The notes under the pieces were generated by a model. It did no database searches, had not been told where the DNA came from, and saw only the letters and a list, made by a program, of their open reading frames with translations. A program made the translations under genes and the position numbers. From the IMG/VR virus record IMGVR_UViG_3300031555_003155: a stretch of 64,000 bases of DNA; one strand, written 5' to 3'. The DNA comes from a virus (lineage: Duplodnaviria > Caudoviricetes). Each line of letters begins with the position of its first letter. The stretch's first letter is position 1. Below are positions 40,001 through 49,455 of this stretch, piece by piece.

Positions 40001-43000
40001 TACGTCACCTTTTTTAACATGACTTTTTATAGTATCATTATTTTTATCCAATATTGCAAAATGGTTTTTAACACCATCAATCATATTTACAAAAAACTTT
40101 TTAATACCTTTTCCTATGTTTTTAATAATACCAACAGGTATAACAGCTAATCTAGCTCCCATTCGTATTACATTTGTTAATCCCGATACCGGATTCTCTG
40201 GATCTTCTTCAAGATTAGTTAAATCTGAAAATGTAGAATCTTCTTGTTTAAGTAATTTTTGACCATATTTAAACTCTTCAGCAATCAATTTACCTGTATT
40301 TTTTACTTTAGTTACTACACCTTTAATAAAATTAAATATACCATGACCAACTGATGATATTAATGTTGGTATAGCAAATGGCATTTTAGCAACATTGTAA
40401 ATTCCATTAGCAAAACCTGATAAAACATTATTATCGATTCCTTCGAGCTTAGCTGTAGCTAATCCTTTGATATCGCCTGATTTGACAAATCCAAATAATC
40501 CTTTTATAGTGTCAACAACAGGTGTTAATTTATCAATTGCAAAATCTTTAGCGGTATTAAATCCATCAGATATAGCTTGACCTGCTTTAGATGCAAGCTC
40601 TTTAGTTTTATCAATAGCGGAAATACCAAAATCTTTAGATTTAGCGGCAATTCCCTTAACTTTTACATTACCTTTTTTATCAATAGTATAATTGCCTTTA
40701 CCAATTTCTTCATCAAGCATTTTTATAGTTTTTTCATAATCTTTAGATTTTTTATCAACTTTAAATGCTTTTGGTTTACCATTTTTATCGAGTATAGCAT
40801 TACCGTCCTTATCCCATTGGTATAAATTTTTTGTTTTAAATGCATTTCCTATATTATCCCATTCACTAACACCTAATGTTAATATTCCTTTAGCAATCCG
40901 TTGAGCGGTGGTCTGATTCATTCGTGTATTACCTAGAGCATCCTTAGTAAATACCGCATTACCTTTTTTATCAGTTATATAATTGCCATTTTTATCTTTA
41001 GCATACTCTTCAGGTGCGCCAAATAAAGTTGGTAATAACCCAGCTTTCTCTTCACTATCATTTAATGCCTTTTCTACACTTTTGTATGTTGTTTTAAATG
41101 CAGTATCTTTCATTAAATCTGGATTCTTTTTAAGCATTTCATCAAGTTGTTTTTTCTGCTCTTCAGCTTTTATATACTCATTTGGTTTTGCAGCTCTTCC
41201 AAAAATCCCATTTTTAACCCAGTCCATTGCCCCGCCAACAGCATCACCTATTTTAGCACCAACAGTTTTGTTAGTTCTATCAGCATATGAGTCTTTTGAT
41301 TCTTTTGATTCTTTGCCACCATTAATTTGTTTTTGTAATTCCATATATCTGTTATATTCGTCATCAAATCCAGCTCGTGCCTCATCTAATTTCACTGCAG
41401 CTTCTTCACCACTAAATACTTTGTATAAAAATACTGCAAGTTCTTGTAATACATCATTTCCTGTAGTAGATTTAACTATATCATTCGCCAAATCTATTAC
41501 AAAGAACCATGATATATTCAATATAGCTTTAAATAAACTAGACACAACTCTCATTCCTGGAGTAACATCTTTAGAATTAACTCCGAATAAATTGGCAGCT
41601 TCAGATTTTGCTAAACCTGTCACTCCACCCCATGTACCTGTTATAGTATCAATACCTCCAGGTATTGCTGCCATAGTTGCCGCCGCTGCAGTTATTCTTG
41701 CAACACCAGCCGATATTCGTCCAATGAATGGTTTTAAAATTTTAGTTGTAAGAACTTCAGTTAATGGAGCTAGCACTTTTCCAAGTTTCGAACCAGCAAT
41801 CTTTCCGCCTTTTTTCTTAACCCATTCAACTATAAATGTGGTCAATTTTTTAACTGCAGATTTACCAAGATCTATAAACTTACCTATCACTCCTTTTGAA
41901 GTAGCAACGTCGTCTACAGCATTAGCTGCATTATCGGCTAAAGATACAGAAGGACCTTTAACTCCGGTTATTTTACCATTCTTATTTGTTTTAAAATCTA
42001 ATCCTTCAAATAAATCCTGTTTTTTAAGATTTTTATTCAAAGTTGTACTATTAAGGGTTTCTGCACCACCCATAAGATCATCAACATTTTTATTTACTAC
42101 GGTTTCAAAACCATTTTTAGAAATACTTTTTCCTTCACGTTCAAGTTGTTCTTTTAATTGTTTTTCAACCTGTTCACGGACAGCATCCTTATTCATTTGA
42201 GTGCCTGCCATTTTTGCATATACATTTTTGCCTGTTTGAATACCGTCTTTAACTGTATCTGCAATTTTGACGCCGTATTTAATGCCTCTATCTGCAGTAT
42301 ATATTAGTGCTCTATTTGTAGCTTCAAGTGAATCATTATTTTCTTGAACGTTTCCGGTTACATCAGTTCTGTCGCCATCATCATCTTTCTTACCCCAAAG
42401 CTCTCTAATTGCATTTGCAACATAACTTCCAGCACTGCTTATTAAACTTTGTAATTTTCCAGCAGGGTCTTTAACAAAATCAATTAACCATGGCAATGCT
42501 GCAAGTAAGCCTGCAGTAATTAATCCTTTTTTACTAAAGATATCTGACCATTTTATAGCTTGCTCTTTACCTTGTTCAACAAGAGTTGTAAATCCTTTAG
42601 AAAGATATCCTAATACAGAATTTCTATATCTGGACTCTTCTTCTTTTTCTTTAAGCTTTTCTTGTTCAGCAAGTTGGAATGCTGCGGTTTTTCTTGATAC
42701 ATTTTTTTGTTTTTCTTTTAATTCTGCAGCATCTTCTCTATCTCTTAATTTTTCTTCTTCTTCAGCATCATCTCTAGCATCTTCAGCAGCTAAACTTTTT
42801 GAAAATACCGCACCAATACTTGATGTTAAAGAACTCACAAAACTGGATGCCTTCTTACCAGCACCAGTTATCTTTGATAAAACGCCTTTATCTTTTTTAG
42901 ATATTACTGTTTCACCCTCGTGAAGTTCTGCTTTATATCCATTAAAAGGTACTTCATCTAATCCATCCGCATGCGAATGAGCAGGATTATCTGGCGTATT

Positions 43001-46000
43001 TGCTGGATCATTTGCAGATTTAGCAGGTTCAGCATCTGACGCTTTAACAAACTTTCCAGTTCTTGGGTCATACCATCTGCCTGCAGAATTTTTCTTATAT
43101 CCATTCGATGATACTGATTTATTTTTTTTAGGAGATTTACTATTTGTAACTTCTTCACTTGGTGAGGTCGATTTATGTCCTTTCTTCTCCGAATTAATAT
43201 AATCTTTCATCAAAGAAGTCATTTCGTCCAATTTATTTACAGTCTCACCAGTGTTTTCTTTTATCTGATTATTTGTCATTTGAGCAAGTCTTTCGGCTTT
43301 AAACCTATCTTTTTCAAGCCTACTCTTACTCTTCCAATCTTTTCCATATTGGGCAGACAATTGTTTATCGATATCTTTATAATATCCTTTAATATTTTTC
43401 CCATCTGCGTCAAAATTATCCCAACCAGCCGCAATACCCATTTGACGGTTTATATCAAACTGACCTTTTAAAGTATCAAATGCTTCTTGACGTTGAGCTT
43501 TCTTTTGAGCGGCTTTTTCTCTTCTAGCTTCTCTATCAGAATTTCGCTTATTTAAATAAGTTGCTCCACCATGATATGTTCGCATTTCTTCATCTACACG
43601 TCGTTTTAATTCCTCTTTGCTTAATGTCTCGCCATTGTTTTTAGCACGTTGTAATATTCCAGCTTCAACATCTTCACGACTTATAGATGTGCGTTTAGCA
43701 TCATAATTAACTGAACTGAATGGATTAAATGTGCTTGCAAAATCTCTAATAGATCCAAATAAACCTCTATTGCCTGATACTATATCATTTATTCTATCTT
43801 GATTTTTAATATCACCATTTCTTCTACCTTTTATCAAGTTAGAGATTCCTGATATTAATTTAAATGGAGCAGCGACCGCTTTAAATGGTGCTTTAATTAT
43901 GCTCCATGCTGCCTTAAATAATAATTTTGTTCCTTTACCTATCATGAATTTAAAGAATTTAAATGTGCTTTTAATTGCAGTTTTAAATCCTTGCTTAACA
44001 AAATCTATTGCTTCGCCGATAGGTTTTATTACATGCTCACGCACACCAACAACAAATGGAGAATTTTTAATATTTTCTAAAGCATAATGACGAATAGTTT
44101 TTAAGCCTTCTCTCATATGTTTTCCTACTAATCTATCTGCAAATTTATTCATCCACTTAAATGGTGCACTAATAACAGCTCCTGTAATTTCACCAGCTTT
44201 TGATATTAATGTTTTTCCGAATGATTTAAATGGTTTTAATACATAATCATTAAATCCTTCGACTATTGGGTCCAATACAACCTCTTTAACTGTTCTGGTA
44301 AATACATTATCTACTAATGCTCTACCAATATTAATAAATGTCTGTTGTATTCTATCTTTAAATCTTCTTATTTCTTCTTTCATTGGTTCAAGTGCATCCA
44401 TAAATGGTTCAGCAACTTTATCATCGAACCAATTCGCTATATTCATTTTCCATTGAGCAAGTTGAACTTTTGTTGCCTGAAGAACTTCAACTGAAAAGAA
44501 ATTAGCAAATTTGGTTAATAAACCACCTTTTCTATCTCCTGTTTCTTCATCAAATTCTCCAAATAATGCCTTCTTCCATTTATCAGAACTTAAAGCAATT
44601 CCCGCTGCGGCTCCAGCAAGAGCTCCACCAATAGGACCTAAAGAAAGTGCACCTAATATACCCATTTTGCTAGTTATTAATCCCAAACCAGCACCACCAA
44701 GTATACCAGCACCTATATTTCCTAAACGTTTTTTAGTTTCAGCATCATTTTTCTTACCCATTAATTTATTTAGGAAACCGCCCATACGCTTTCCATCTTG
44801 TTGCTCTTCGCCAAATAAAAATGTTTTAAATTTTTCTGATTTGAACAGAAGTGATGATGCAACGCCCATTAAAGCTCCCGTTATTGGTCCACCTAATACA
44901 AATGATGATAAGAAACCACCACCAAGCATACCTTTAACAGCCCCAATAGCAGCACCACCAGCTATAGCAGTTTTATGTTTTTTAAAGAATTCTTGTGTGC
45001 TTTTTGTTATAAATCCACCAATTCTTTCACCATTGTCATCTTTTTCTCCAAATAACCAGTTCTTAAATTTATCTGATTTAAATAAGAAACTAGATGCAAT
45101 TCCTATTGCAGCACCTGAGAATGGACCAAGGAATATAGAACCTAACGCCCCCATTCCTCCAAGGGATGCTACTATTCCGGCTCCAGCACCAATCATACCA
45201 TGAGCAAGTGCTTTAGGAGCATGGTCTTTCATCTTTCCAAAAACTTCTTCCATATTAACATAATTTTCATTATCTTTATCGCCAAATTTCTTTGGTCCAA
45301 ATATAGCATCTGCAAAGTTTTGGAAACCAGATTTTATCATAGATATTGAATCTGTAAATACTCCTTTGAGCTGTCCTTTCTTTTCACCATCTTTACCAAA
45401 GAAGTATTCTTTTAAAGTGTTTTTAAAACTACCAAACATCGATTTTACATTACCAAATACGCTATCTTCATTGTCTTCAAATTTTTGTCCTTTGCTATCA
45501 GTATATGCTTTTCCTGTAAAGTAGTATTTAAATCCTTTGAACATATCTCCGACTTCATTAGCAGTATCGCTAAATAAGCCACCTTGTCTAACTCCATCAC
45601 CATCTTTTTCACCAAATAAATAATTTCCAAATTGAGTAGCTTTTTCTCTTACATTTTTCCAATAATCTGATTCTTTAAACTTGGTTATAAGACCTTCATC
45701 ACCAAGTAATGCATCGTGTATTGGAGCAATCATTTTATCTTTCACATAACCAAAAAAACTACTAAATTTACCAGTGATTTTTGTTATTAAAGTTCCAAAG
45801 AACGATTCGTTCTTTGCATCACTCTTTCCGCCTTCTTCAGATTTACCGAATACGATTTCATACATACTCTTGTCAACTTTATTAAAGAATTTGGAAATAG
45901 CATTTGCTGGGAATGAGAATATTTTATCAATACCTGCTCGTATTGATTCATATTTTTCTTTGGCATCACCTTTAAGAAATTTATCGACGTTGAACCATTT

Positions 46001-48121
46001 TTTCTTTTTCTTCTCAGGCTCTGCTTCTTTTTCTTTATTTTCGATCCATTCACCAATCATACCTTCAAGAACATCTTCATCGGGCAAGTCATATATGCTA
46101 TTATATCTGCCTGTAGAATTAAGTCTACGAGAATATGTACGAACAGAATCGGGGTTAACAACATTTGTTTTACGTTCAAATTCGTTCATATTAGATAGTC
46201 TATTATCTAATTCTTCTGAAGATGAACCCATAAATACTTTAACACCTTCATATAAAGCACGTTTGATATCCCTTAAATAATCAAGCATACTATAACCATA
46301 TTGGTCAGATGGATTAAATATTGAAGCTCGTTTATTTTTACCCGAACCATATGTTTTTAATAAAGGATTATCTGAAGTAATATCATTTTTAGAATCATAT
46401 AAGCCGTTAAATAAAACTGCACCTATACTTCCAGGTTCTTCCTCCATTTTATCATATCTTTCAGTTCTTGCTTTACGAGCATTATATATATCACGACCAC
46501 CAAAAGTTTTAATCTGTTGACCATAGTCCAATGATGTTATTAATTTACGAACGACTTTCAATTCATCAGATGTTCCAGTAAATACTTCTCTAAGATCATC
46601 TAAGTTTCTTGGGTCAATTAATTTGCCATTGTTAGTCATATTTATAAACATATCTTCTATTTTTGTGGCAAAATCTTTCTTTTCATCTTCATCTTTAAGA
46701 TCCAATGCATCAATTCTATCTTTAATATCATTAAAGTACTCATATTGACCTAATATAGTACTTCTATCTTTTGCCTTATTAGCATCTTGAATTTCTCTAA
46801 CAGATTCAAATTTGCCTGTTTCATAATTATATGCTAAGTCAGTTTTTCCTGTTAAAGCCGAATGAATTTTGCTCAAATATCCAGGAATAACTTCAATAAT
46901 AGATTTTCTGGTTATACCATCAAATGGGACTTGACCGCGCTCATATTTATCGGTATCTATAGTAGTTTTATTTCTAGATTTAACACCAAAGATATTGCCA
47001 ACTAGTTGCAATAATGGATTATCACTATCTTGTAAGTTGGTTATTTTCATAAGCATTGCTGGGAAAAATCCGTTTAATGTTTCATCGAATTTTTTCATAG
47101 CTTTTGCGGTGTATGTCGGTATAAATTTTTTAACTATAGCTTCAGTTACAAATTTTAATGGTGATTGAGCCATACTAGCTAGTGTATCGGTATCTTCAAA
47201 CATCATTTTTATTGACGATGTTATTAAATTTGAATCAATAGCATCATTAACTTGCTTTTTTACAAGATTAGCATATGCACCAAGATTAAACCCACCACTA
47301 GCAGAAATAATATCATCCATAGGATTAGTTTTTACATTAGTTTGCTTTTCTTCCTTTGGTGGGTTATTGAGCTTATAAGCTTCGAATGCTTCTTTTGTTA
47401 TTTGTAGTTGATCTTCATAATATTTTAATGACGCACTAATATATTTGGTCATATTATTACTATGAAAATTTACTAATAAACTTAAGTTCTCATTAATTGT
47501 ATGCATTCCGCCATAAAGAGCATCACCAATTTGTTTATTGACAGTAATCTGTGATCTTGCTATAGCAGTATCACGTTTTGCTTGTGCATCTGCAGTTTCT
47601 GCCAATAATGCACTTTGCGATTGTACTGCTTTAACCATAGGATTATTCTTTGTAATGTTACTATTTATATTTATATCTGGAACTACGACATTTGATTCTG
47701 TTGATGAGCTGGAATCATCCGAAAAACTATCGTCTCCTAGACTATCAGAGAAATCCATATCAATGTCAAATCCATCATCAAATGATGATTCTATTCTTCC
47801 TGAATTATAGAAATTACCAGATGCTAAATCTTCTCGTGCATTCTTAATAGCATTTTTAAGAGTATTATAATTCTCTTTAGCCTTACCTGTAAGCATATCA
47901 TCAAGTTTAGTAGTATTTCTACTACGAAACGTTTTGATACTGTCATATAACGATGTAACGGTATCTTTATTATTCGTTATAGTCTCTAATGTAGCTGGCA
48001 TCATTTCACTAATAACATCCATTGTAGATAATCCTAATGATTTTCCAACATTCTTAAACCATGTTAAACCATTAGAATTTCCCTTTTTCATAGAACCTTT
48101 TTGGTTAGCCATATTAAACAT
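37064..48121 (-). CDS. Tape measure protein with C-terminal M23 peptidase and lysozyme-like domains
   Basis: 3685 aa, helical with Gly/Ala-rich repeats; HADGL...ELHEGETVI; M23 HAGID...GYGNYV...YAHL...STGSHLHY; FESG...DHGGMSFGTYQF. Confidence 0.9.
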   Translation of the reverse strand: MFNMANQKGSMKKGNSNGLTWFKNVGKSLGLSTMDVISEMMPATLETITNNKDTVTSLYDSIKTFRSRNTTKLDDMLTGKAKENYNTLKNAIKNAREDLASGNFYNSGRIESSFDDGFDIDMDFSDSLGDDSFSDDSSSSTESNVVVPDININSNITKNNPMVKAVQSQSALLAETADAQAKRDTAIARSQITVNKQIGDALYGGMHTINENLSLLVNFHSNNMTKYISASLKYYEDQLQITKEAFEAYKLNNPPKEEKQTNVKTNPMDDIISASGGFNLGAYANLVKKQVNDAIDSNLITSSIKMMFEDTDTLASMAQSPLKFVTEAIVKKFIPTYTAKAMKKFDETLNGFFPAMLMKITNLQDSDNPLLQLVGNIFGVKSRNKTTIDTDKYERGQVPFDGITRKSIIEVIPGYLSKIHSALTGKTDLAYNYETGKFESVREIQDANKAKDRSTILGQYEYFNDIKDRIDALDLKDEDEKKDFATKIEDMFINMTNNGKLIDPRNLDDLREVFTGTSDELKVVRKLITSLDYGQQIKTFGGRDIYNARKARTERYDKMEEEPGSIGAVLFNGLYDSKNDITSDNPLLKTYGSGKNKRASIFNPSDQYGYSMLDYLRDIKRALYEGVKVFMGSSSEELDNRLSNMNEFERKTNVVNPDSVRTYSRRLNSTGRYNSIYDLPDEDVLEGMIGEWIENKEKEAEPEKKKKKWFNVDKFLKGDAKEKYESIRAGIDKIFSFPANAISKFFNKVDKSMYEIVFGKSEEGGKSDAKNESFFGTLITKITGKFSSFFGYVKDKMIAPIHDALLGDEGLITKFKESDYWKNVREKATQFGNYLFGEKDGDGVRQGGLFSDTANEVGDMFKGFKYYFTGKAYTDSKGQKFEDNEDSVFGNVKSMFGSFKNTLKEYFFGKDGEKKGQLKGVFTDSISMIKSGFQNFADAIFGPKKFGDKDNENYVNMEEVFGKMKDHAPKALAHGMIGAGAGIVASLGGMGALGSIFLGPFSGAAIGIASSFLFKSDKFKNWLFGEKDDNGERIGGFITKSTQEFFKKHKTAIAGGAAIGAVKGMLGGGFLSSFVLGGPITGALMGVASSLLFKSEKFKTFLFGEEQQDGKRMGGFLNKLMGKKNDAETKKRLGNIGAGILGGAGLGLITSKMGILGALSLGPIGGALAGAAAGIALSSDKWKKALFGEFDEETGDRKGGLLTKFANFFSVEVLQATKVQLAQWKMNIANWFDDKVAEPFMDALEPMKEEIRRFKDRIQQTFINIGRALVDNVFTRTVKEVVLDPIVEGFNDYVLKPFKSFGKTLISKAGEITGAVISAPFKWMNKFADRLVGKHMREGLKTIRHYALENIKNSPFVVGVREHVIKPIGEAIDFVKQGFKTAIKSTFKFFKFMIGKGTKLLFKAAWSIIKAPFKAVAAPFKLISGISNLIKGRRNGDIKNQDRINDIVSGNRGLFGSIRDFASTFNPFSSVNYDAKRTSISREDVEAGILQRAKNNGETLSKEELKRRVDEEMRTYHGGATYLNKRNSDREARREKAAQKKAQRQEAFDTLKGQFDINRQMGIAAGWDNFDADGKNIKGYYKDIDKQLSAQYGKDWKSKSRLEKDRFKAERLAQMTNNQIKENTGETVNKLDEMTSLMKDYINSEKKGHKSTSPSEEVTNSKSPKKNKSVSSNGYKKNSAGRWYDPRTGKFVKASDAEPAKSANDPANTPDNPAHSHADGLDEVPFNGYKAELHEGETVISKKDKGVLSKITGAGKKASSFVSSLTSSIGAVFSKSLAAEDARDDAEEEEKLRDREDAAELKEKQKNVSRKTAAFQLAEQEKLKEKEEESRYRNSVLGYLSKGFTTLVEQGKEQAIKWSDIFSKKGLITAGLLAALPWLIDFVKDPAGKLQSLISSAGSYVANAIRELWGKKDDDGDRTDVTGNVQENNDSLEATNRALIYTADRGIKYGVKIADTVKDGIQTGKNVYAKMAGTQMNKDAVREQVEKQLKEQLEREGKSISKNGFETVVNKNVDDLMGGAETLNSTTLNKNLKKQDLFEGLDFKTNKNGKITGVKGPSVSLADNAANAVDDVATSKGVIGKFIDLGKSAVKKLTTFIVEWVKKKGGKIAGSKLGKVLAPLTEVLTTKILKPFIGRISAGVARITAAAATMAAIPGGIDTITGTWGGVTGLAKSEAANLFGVNSKDVTPGMRVVSSLFKAILNISWFFVIDLANDIVKSTTGNDVLQELAVFLYKVFSGEEAAVKLDEARAGFDDEYNRYMELQKQINGGKESKESKDSYADRTNKTVGAKIGDAVGGAMDWVKNGIFGRAAKPNEYIKAEEQKKQLDEMLKKNPDLMKDTAFKTTYKSVEKALNDSEEKAGLLPTLFGAPEEYAKDKNGNYITDKKGNAVFTKDALGNTRMNQTTAQRIAKGILTLGVSEWDNIGNAFKTKNLYQWDKDGNAILDKNGKPKAFKVDKKSKDYEKTIKMLDEEIGKGNYTIDKKGNVKVKGIAAKSKDFGISAIDKTKELASKAGQAISDGFNTAKDFAIDKLTPVVDTIKGLFGFVKSGDIKGLATAKLEGIDNNVLSGFANGIYNVAKMPFAIPTLISSVGHGIFNFIKGVVTKVKNTGKLIAEEFKYGQKLLKQEDSTFSDLTNLEEDPENPVSGLTNVIRMGARLAVIPVGIIKNIGKGIKKFFVNMIDGVKNHFAILDKNNDTIKSHVKKGDVSGLLAMDMQDNEENPANGFTKAIFGINKFVNVIPASLFWLGGKAKGLFMKMVDSVKNQYGILSTNSQAMYQHVRTGDVSGLLSMDMQDNEDSPANGFTKAIFTINKFTNVVPASLFWAGKKIKEKFLSMVDSVKNQYGILSDNSKTMFDYIKKGDVSGLLAMDMQDNEDSPANGFTKAIFTINKFTNVVPASIMWAGHKVKEKFVQMKDLVVQSFGTLKDNIGTISRHAIKGDISNLWKADMQDNEGNPVGGFMKGVLTVAKITHTPAAAVMWVGSKIKEKFEDIASAFSSNKDELDSKQDKLSDYAKDGNLKKIWSAKLNLKDGDPIKHIWSASFTISKLFQSVFAIFNKLSSGLKKLVDKIKLPDWLSKLGEAAFDAAKDTDDDKKDGKGGVEEPISKRPNSLTKKVKGTFYDKYGTAIGGVDELLAQYTVTSPFGPRGSGMHAGIDLVKGNNSPIYSFTDGVVEHVHSGHAPDTANASDGGGYGNYVVVKDDSGKYHVYAHLNGVNVAKGDKVSEGTTLGIQGHTGRSTGSHLHYGVGTSFNSGYTSNHINPTDYLKGYISDDITTPGSDGGTPGNGPSTGFAAITEAMNQYQTSLMQPLTDVFAEITTPFNDIINKALGTSGTPQQQDGDDVPGGAQAPIVGGDKIGDYVKQFESGGSGPSAISGGVGDHGGMSFGTYQFASFGNADASKGMLGKFWNKYYGSKHQGIIPGANSAFKEAWLKEANANPEQFSSNEWEYMKDYYYKPMLNKIRNTFNPDKHSRAAQEMTWSTAIQYGMNSNIINKALAGKKPNNMSAGELVNAVQDYKSKTVDSYFSRSSRDVKDGVRNRHNTRERNALLSVGNAKPLAYGGVEIPLTAKQKELFANTGVYKQLSDQEIRSMQKPSIPQVLWDKIIEILTAIAENTGRTTDGIKNLTEKVKTVVSNNNTTVVSTNNNVTNTNGNQNPMFQIANERRNELSQSNYRTAKLIAQGLN
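38940..40490 (-). repeat. 234-bp (78-aa) tandem repeats inside tape measure gene, about 6-7 copies
   Basis: GDVSGLLxMDMQDNExxPANGFTKAIF units; ga(t/c)gcagg at 39426, 39660 and 39894. Confidence 0.85.
44510..45760 (-). repeat. Degenerate K.K..LFGE....G.R.GG and Gly-rich hydrophobic repeats in tape measure protein
   Basis: QFGNYLFGEKDGDGVRQGG, KFKNWLFGEKDDNGERIGG, KFKTFLFGEEQQDGKRMGG, KWKKALFGEFDEETGDRKGG. Confidence 0.75.
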
Positions 48122-48163
48122 CTCCTTTCTTCAGTATTTATTATATAAAAAAGAAATCATATT

Positions 48164-48175
48164 TACTGTATTGTT
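48164..48175 (-). promoter_or_regulatory. Late-type promoter motif AACA-N6-TA
   Basis: AACAATACAGTA upstream of tape measure gene. Confidence 0.65.
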
Positions 48176-48270
48176 TTTTGTATAAAAAAACTAAGGGAGA
48201 ATGCAAAAAAAAATATCCTATACCGAAATTAATCGGTATAGGATATCTATATGGAGATTGTAGCGGATAA

Positions 48271-48816
48271 TTAATTGAATTTCTTTTTAAGCCACTTTGG
48301 AGCTTTACTCTTCTTCTCAAGAATCTTGTGAGCTCCTGTTTTAATCTTAAATGGATCTTTGCCTTCTGAATTCTTTCCGATAGGCTTATATGTGCCAACA
48401 CTTTCAGCAACATCTTTAAGTGAGATTGAACCGCTGAAATCTTCTTTTGTCGGAAAGTCAAATTTCTTACCAGCACTCATATATACCATTAAGAATTCTG
48501 ACATGAAATAATAGAATGCGTCAGGGTTGCTGAAATCATATTCAGATTCCATTTTCTTTCTTTCCTGCGCATCAACACCGAAGTCTGCAAGAACTTTTTC
48601 TACAAACTTACGGAATTCTTTAACTGGATAAACAGTTTTAGTAACCATTTCTCCACCTTTTGTTCCTGCTACCTGCATTTCGTAGTCAGGTGTATTCATA
48701 AATGCTTTTAATAACTTATCAAAATCTGTTTTGCTAAAGGTCTTCTTAACCTTTCCGCTCTTAGATACTGATACATTACTTTTAATTTCATTAAATACTT
48801 CATCAAATGTTTTCAT
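48271..48816 (-). CDS. Basic protein, possibly HU/IHF-like DNA-binding
   Basis: AGGAGG RBS; C-terminal GKKFDF...SISLKDVAESVGTYKPIG...FKIKTGAHKILEKK resembles an HU beta-arm. Confidence 0.45.
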   Translation of the reverse strand: MKTFDEVFNEIKSNVSVSKSGKVKKTFSKTDFDKLLKAFMNTPDYEMQVAGTKGGEMVTKTVYPVKEFRKFVEKVLADFGVDAQERKKMESEYDFSNPDAFYYFMSEFLMVYMSAGKKFDFPTKEDFSGSISLKDVAESVGTYKPIGKNSEGKDPFKIKTGAHKILEKKSKAPKWLKKKFN

Positions 48817-48869
48817 TGATAAAACCTCCTAAATTTTTATTACTTTATAGTTTACCGTGTAATAAATAA

Positions 48870-49127
48870 TTACACGGTAATATCGATTACAATTGGACCC
48901 TCAACTTCGATTGAGTCGACCGAATTATTTACACATTCTTTGTCAAAATCAAGATGTTCTGATTTATTTTTCTTTTTATCGTGTTTCTTTTTTTTACTAA
49001 GCTTGTTAAATACTTTGTCGATAATAAAATTATTTGTATTAAATCCTTTCACTTTTACTTTCACTCCATTCTCATCAATAGATAAAGAAGCGTCAATATC
49101 AAGTTTTAATCCCATAATATTCACCAC
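48870..49127 (-). CDS. Small hypothetical protein
   Basis: ORF track; lysine-rich stretch. Confidence 0.55.
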   Translation of the reverse strand: MVNIMGLKLDIDASLSIDENGVKVKVKGFNTNNFIIDKVFNKLSKKKKHDKKKNKSEHLDFDKECVNNSVDSIEVEGPIVIDITV

Positions 49128-49386
49128 TCTTTTTTATAAAGTGTTTTTGCAATAATATTAATTTAATAAAAAATTCATGTTTTATAAATATTTAATATAT
49201 TAAAACAACAGTAAGTTATTAGCTTTATCGAGTATCTCGGAACATAGAATAAATAAAATAATATATCGTATTTCCGACATATCGATACCTAATATAATTT
49301 ATTAAATAATCTCAATTAGATTAAAAACATAAAAAATATTAGGATTGTTGTTTTGTTTTTAGGTCTTTTTTATTTTTTCTACCATA

Positions 49387-49396
49387 ATAATATATA
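49387..49396 (-). promoter_or_regulatory. Early-type promoter motif TATATATTAT
   Basis: Exact 10-mer just downstream of the beta gene terminator, pointing toward 49127. Confidence 0.5.
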
Positions 49397-49416
49397 TTCG
49401 AAAATAGTGTTTATAA

Positions 49417-49448
49417 TGGAGGAATGTGAATAATTCACATTCCTCCAA
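49417..49448 (-). terminator. Terminator-like hairpin after RNAP beta gene
   Basis: tggaggaatgtgaat / attcacattcctcca. Confidence 0.7.
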
Positions 49449-49455
49449 TTTTAGG

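Noticed and set aside
38940-40490. Diversity-generating retroelement template/variable repeat pair
   Set aside because: Repeats are in-frame tandem coding units, differences are not adenine-specific, and there is no reverse transcriptase in the window
40983-42200. 405-aa plus-strand ORF, and similar ones at 44511-45203, 45774-46280, 34993-35484, 13930-14406 and 60388-60813
   Set aside because: Antisense shadows of well-supported genes; no RBS, composition mirrors the opposite-strand codons
48141-48476. 111-aa minus-strand ORF, also 23228-23566 and 24455-24637
   Set aside because: Alternate-frame overlaps inside stronger genes, some crossing terminators; no RBS
49128-49386. ncRNA or ORF in the roughly 260-bp gap behind the early motif
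   Set aside because: Only a 26-codon ORF without RBS and no convincing structure; may be a long leader
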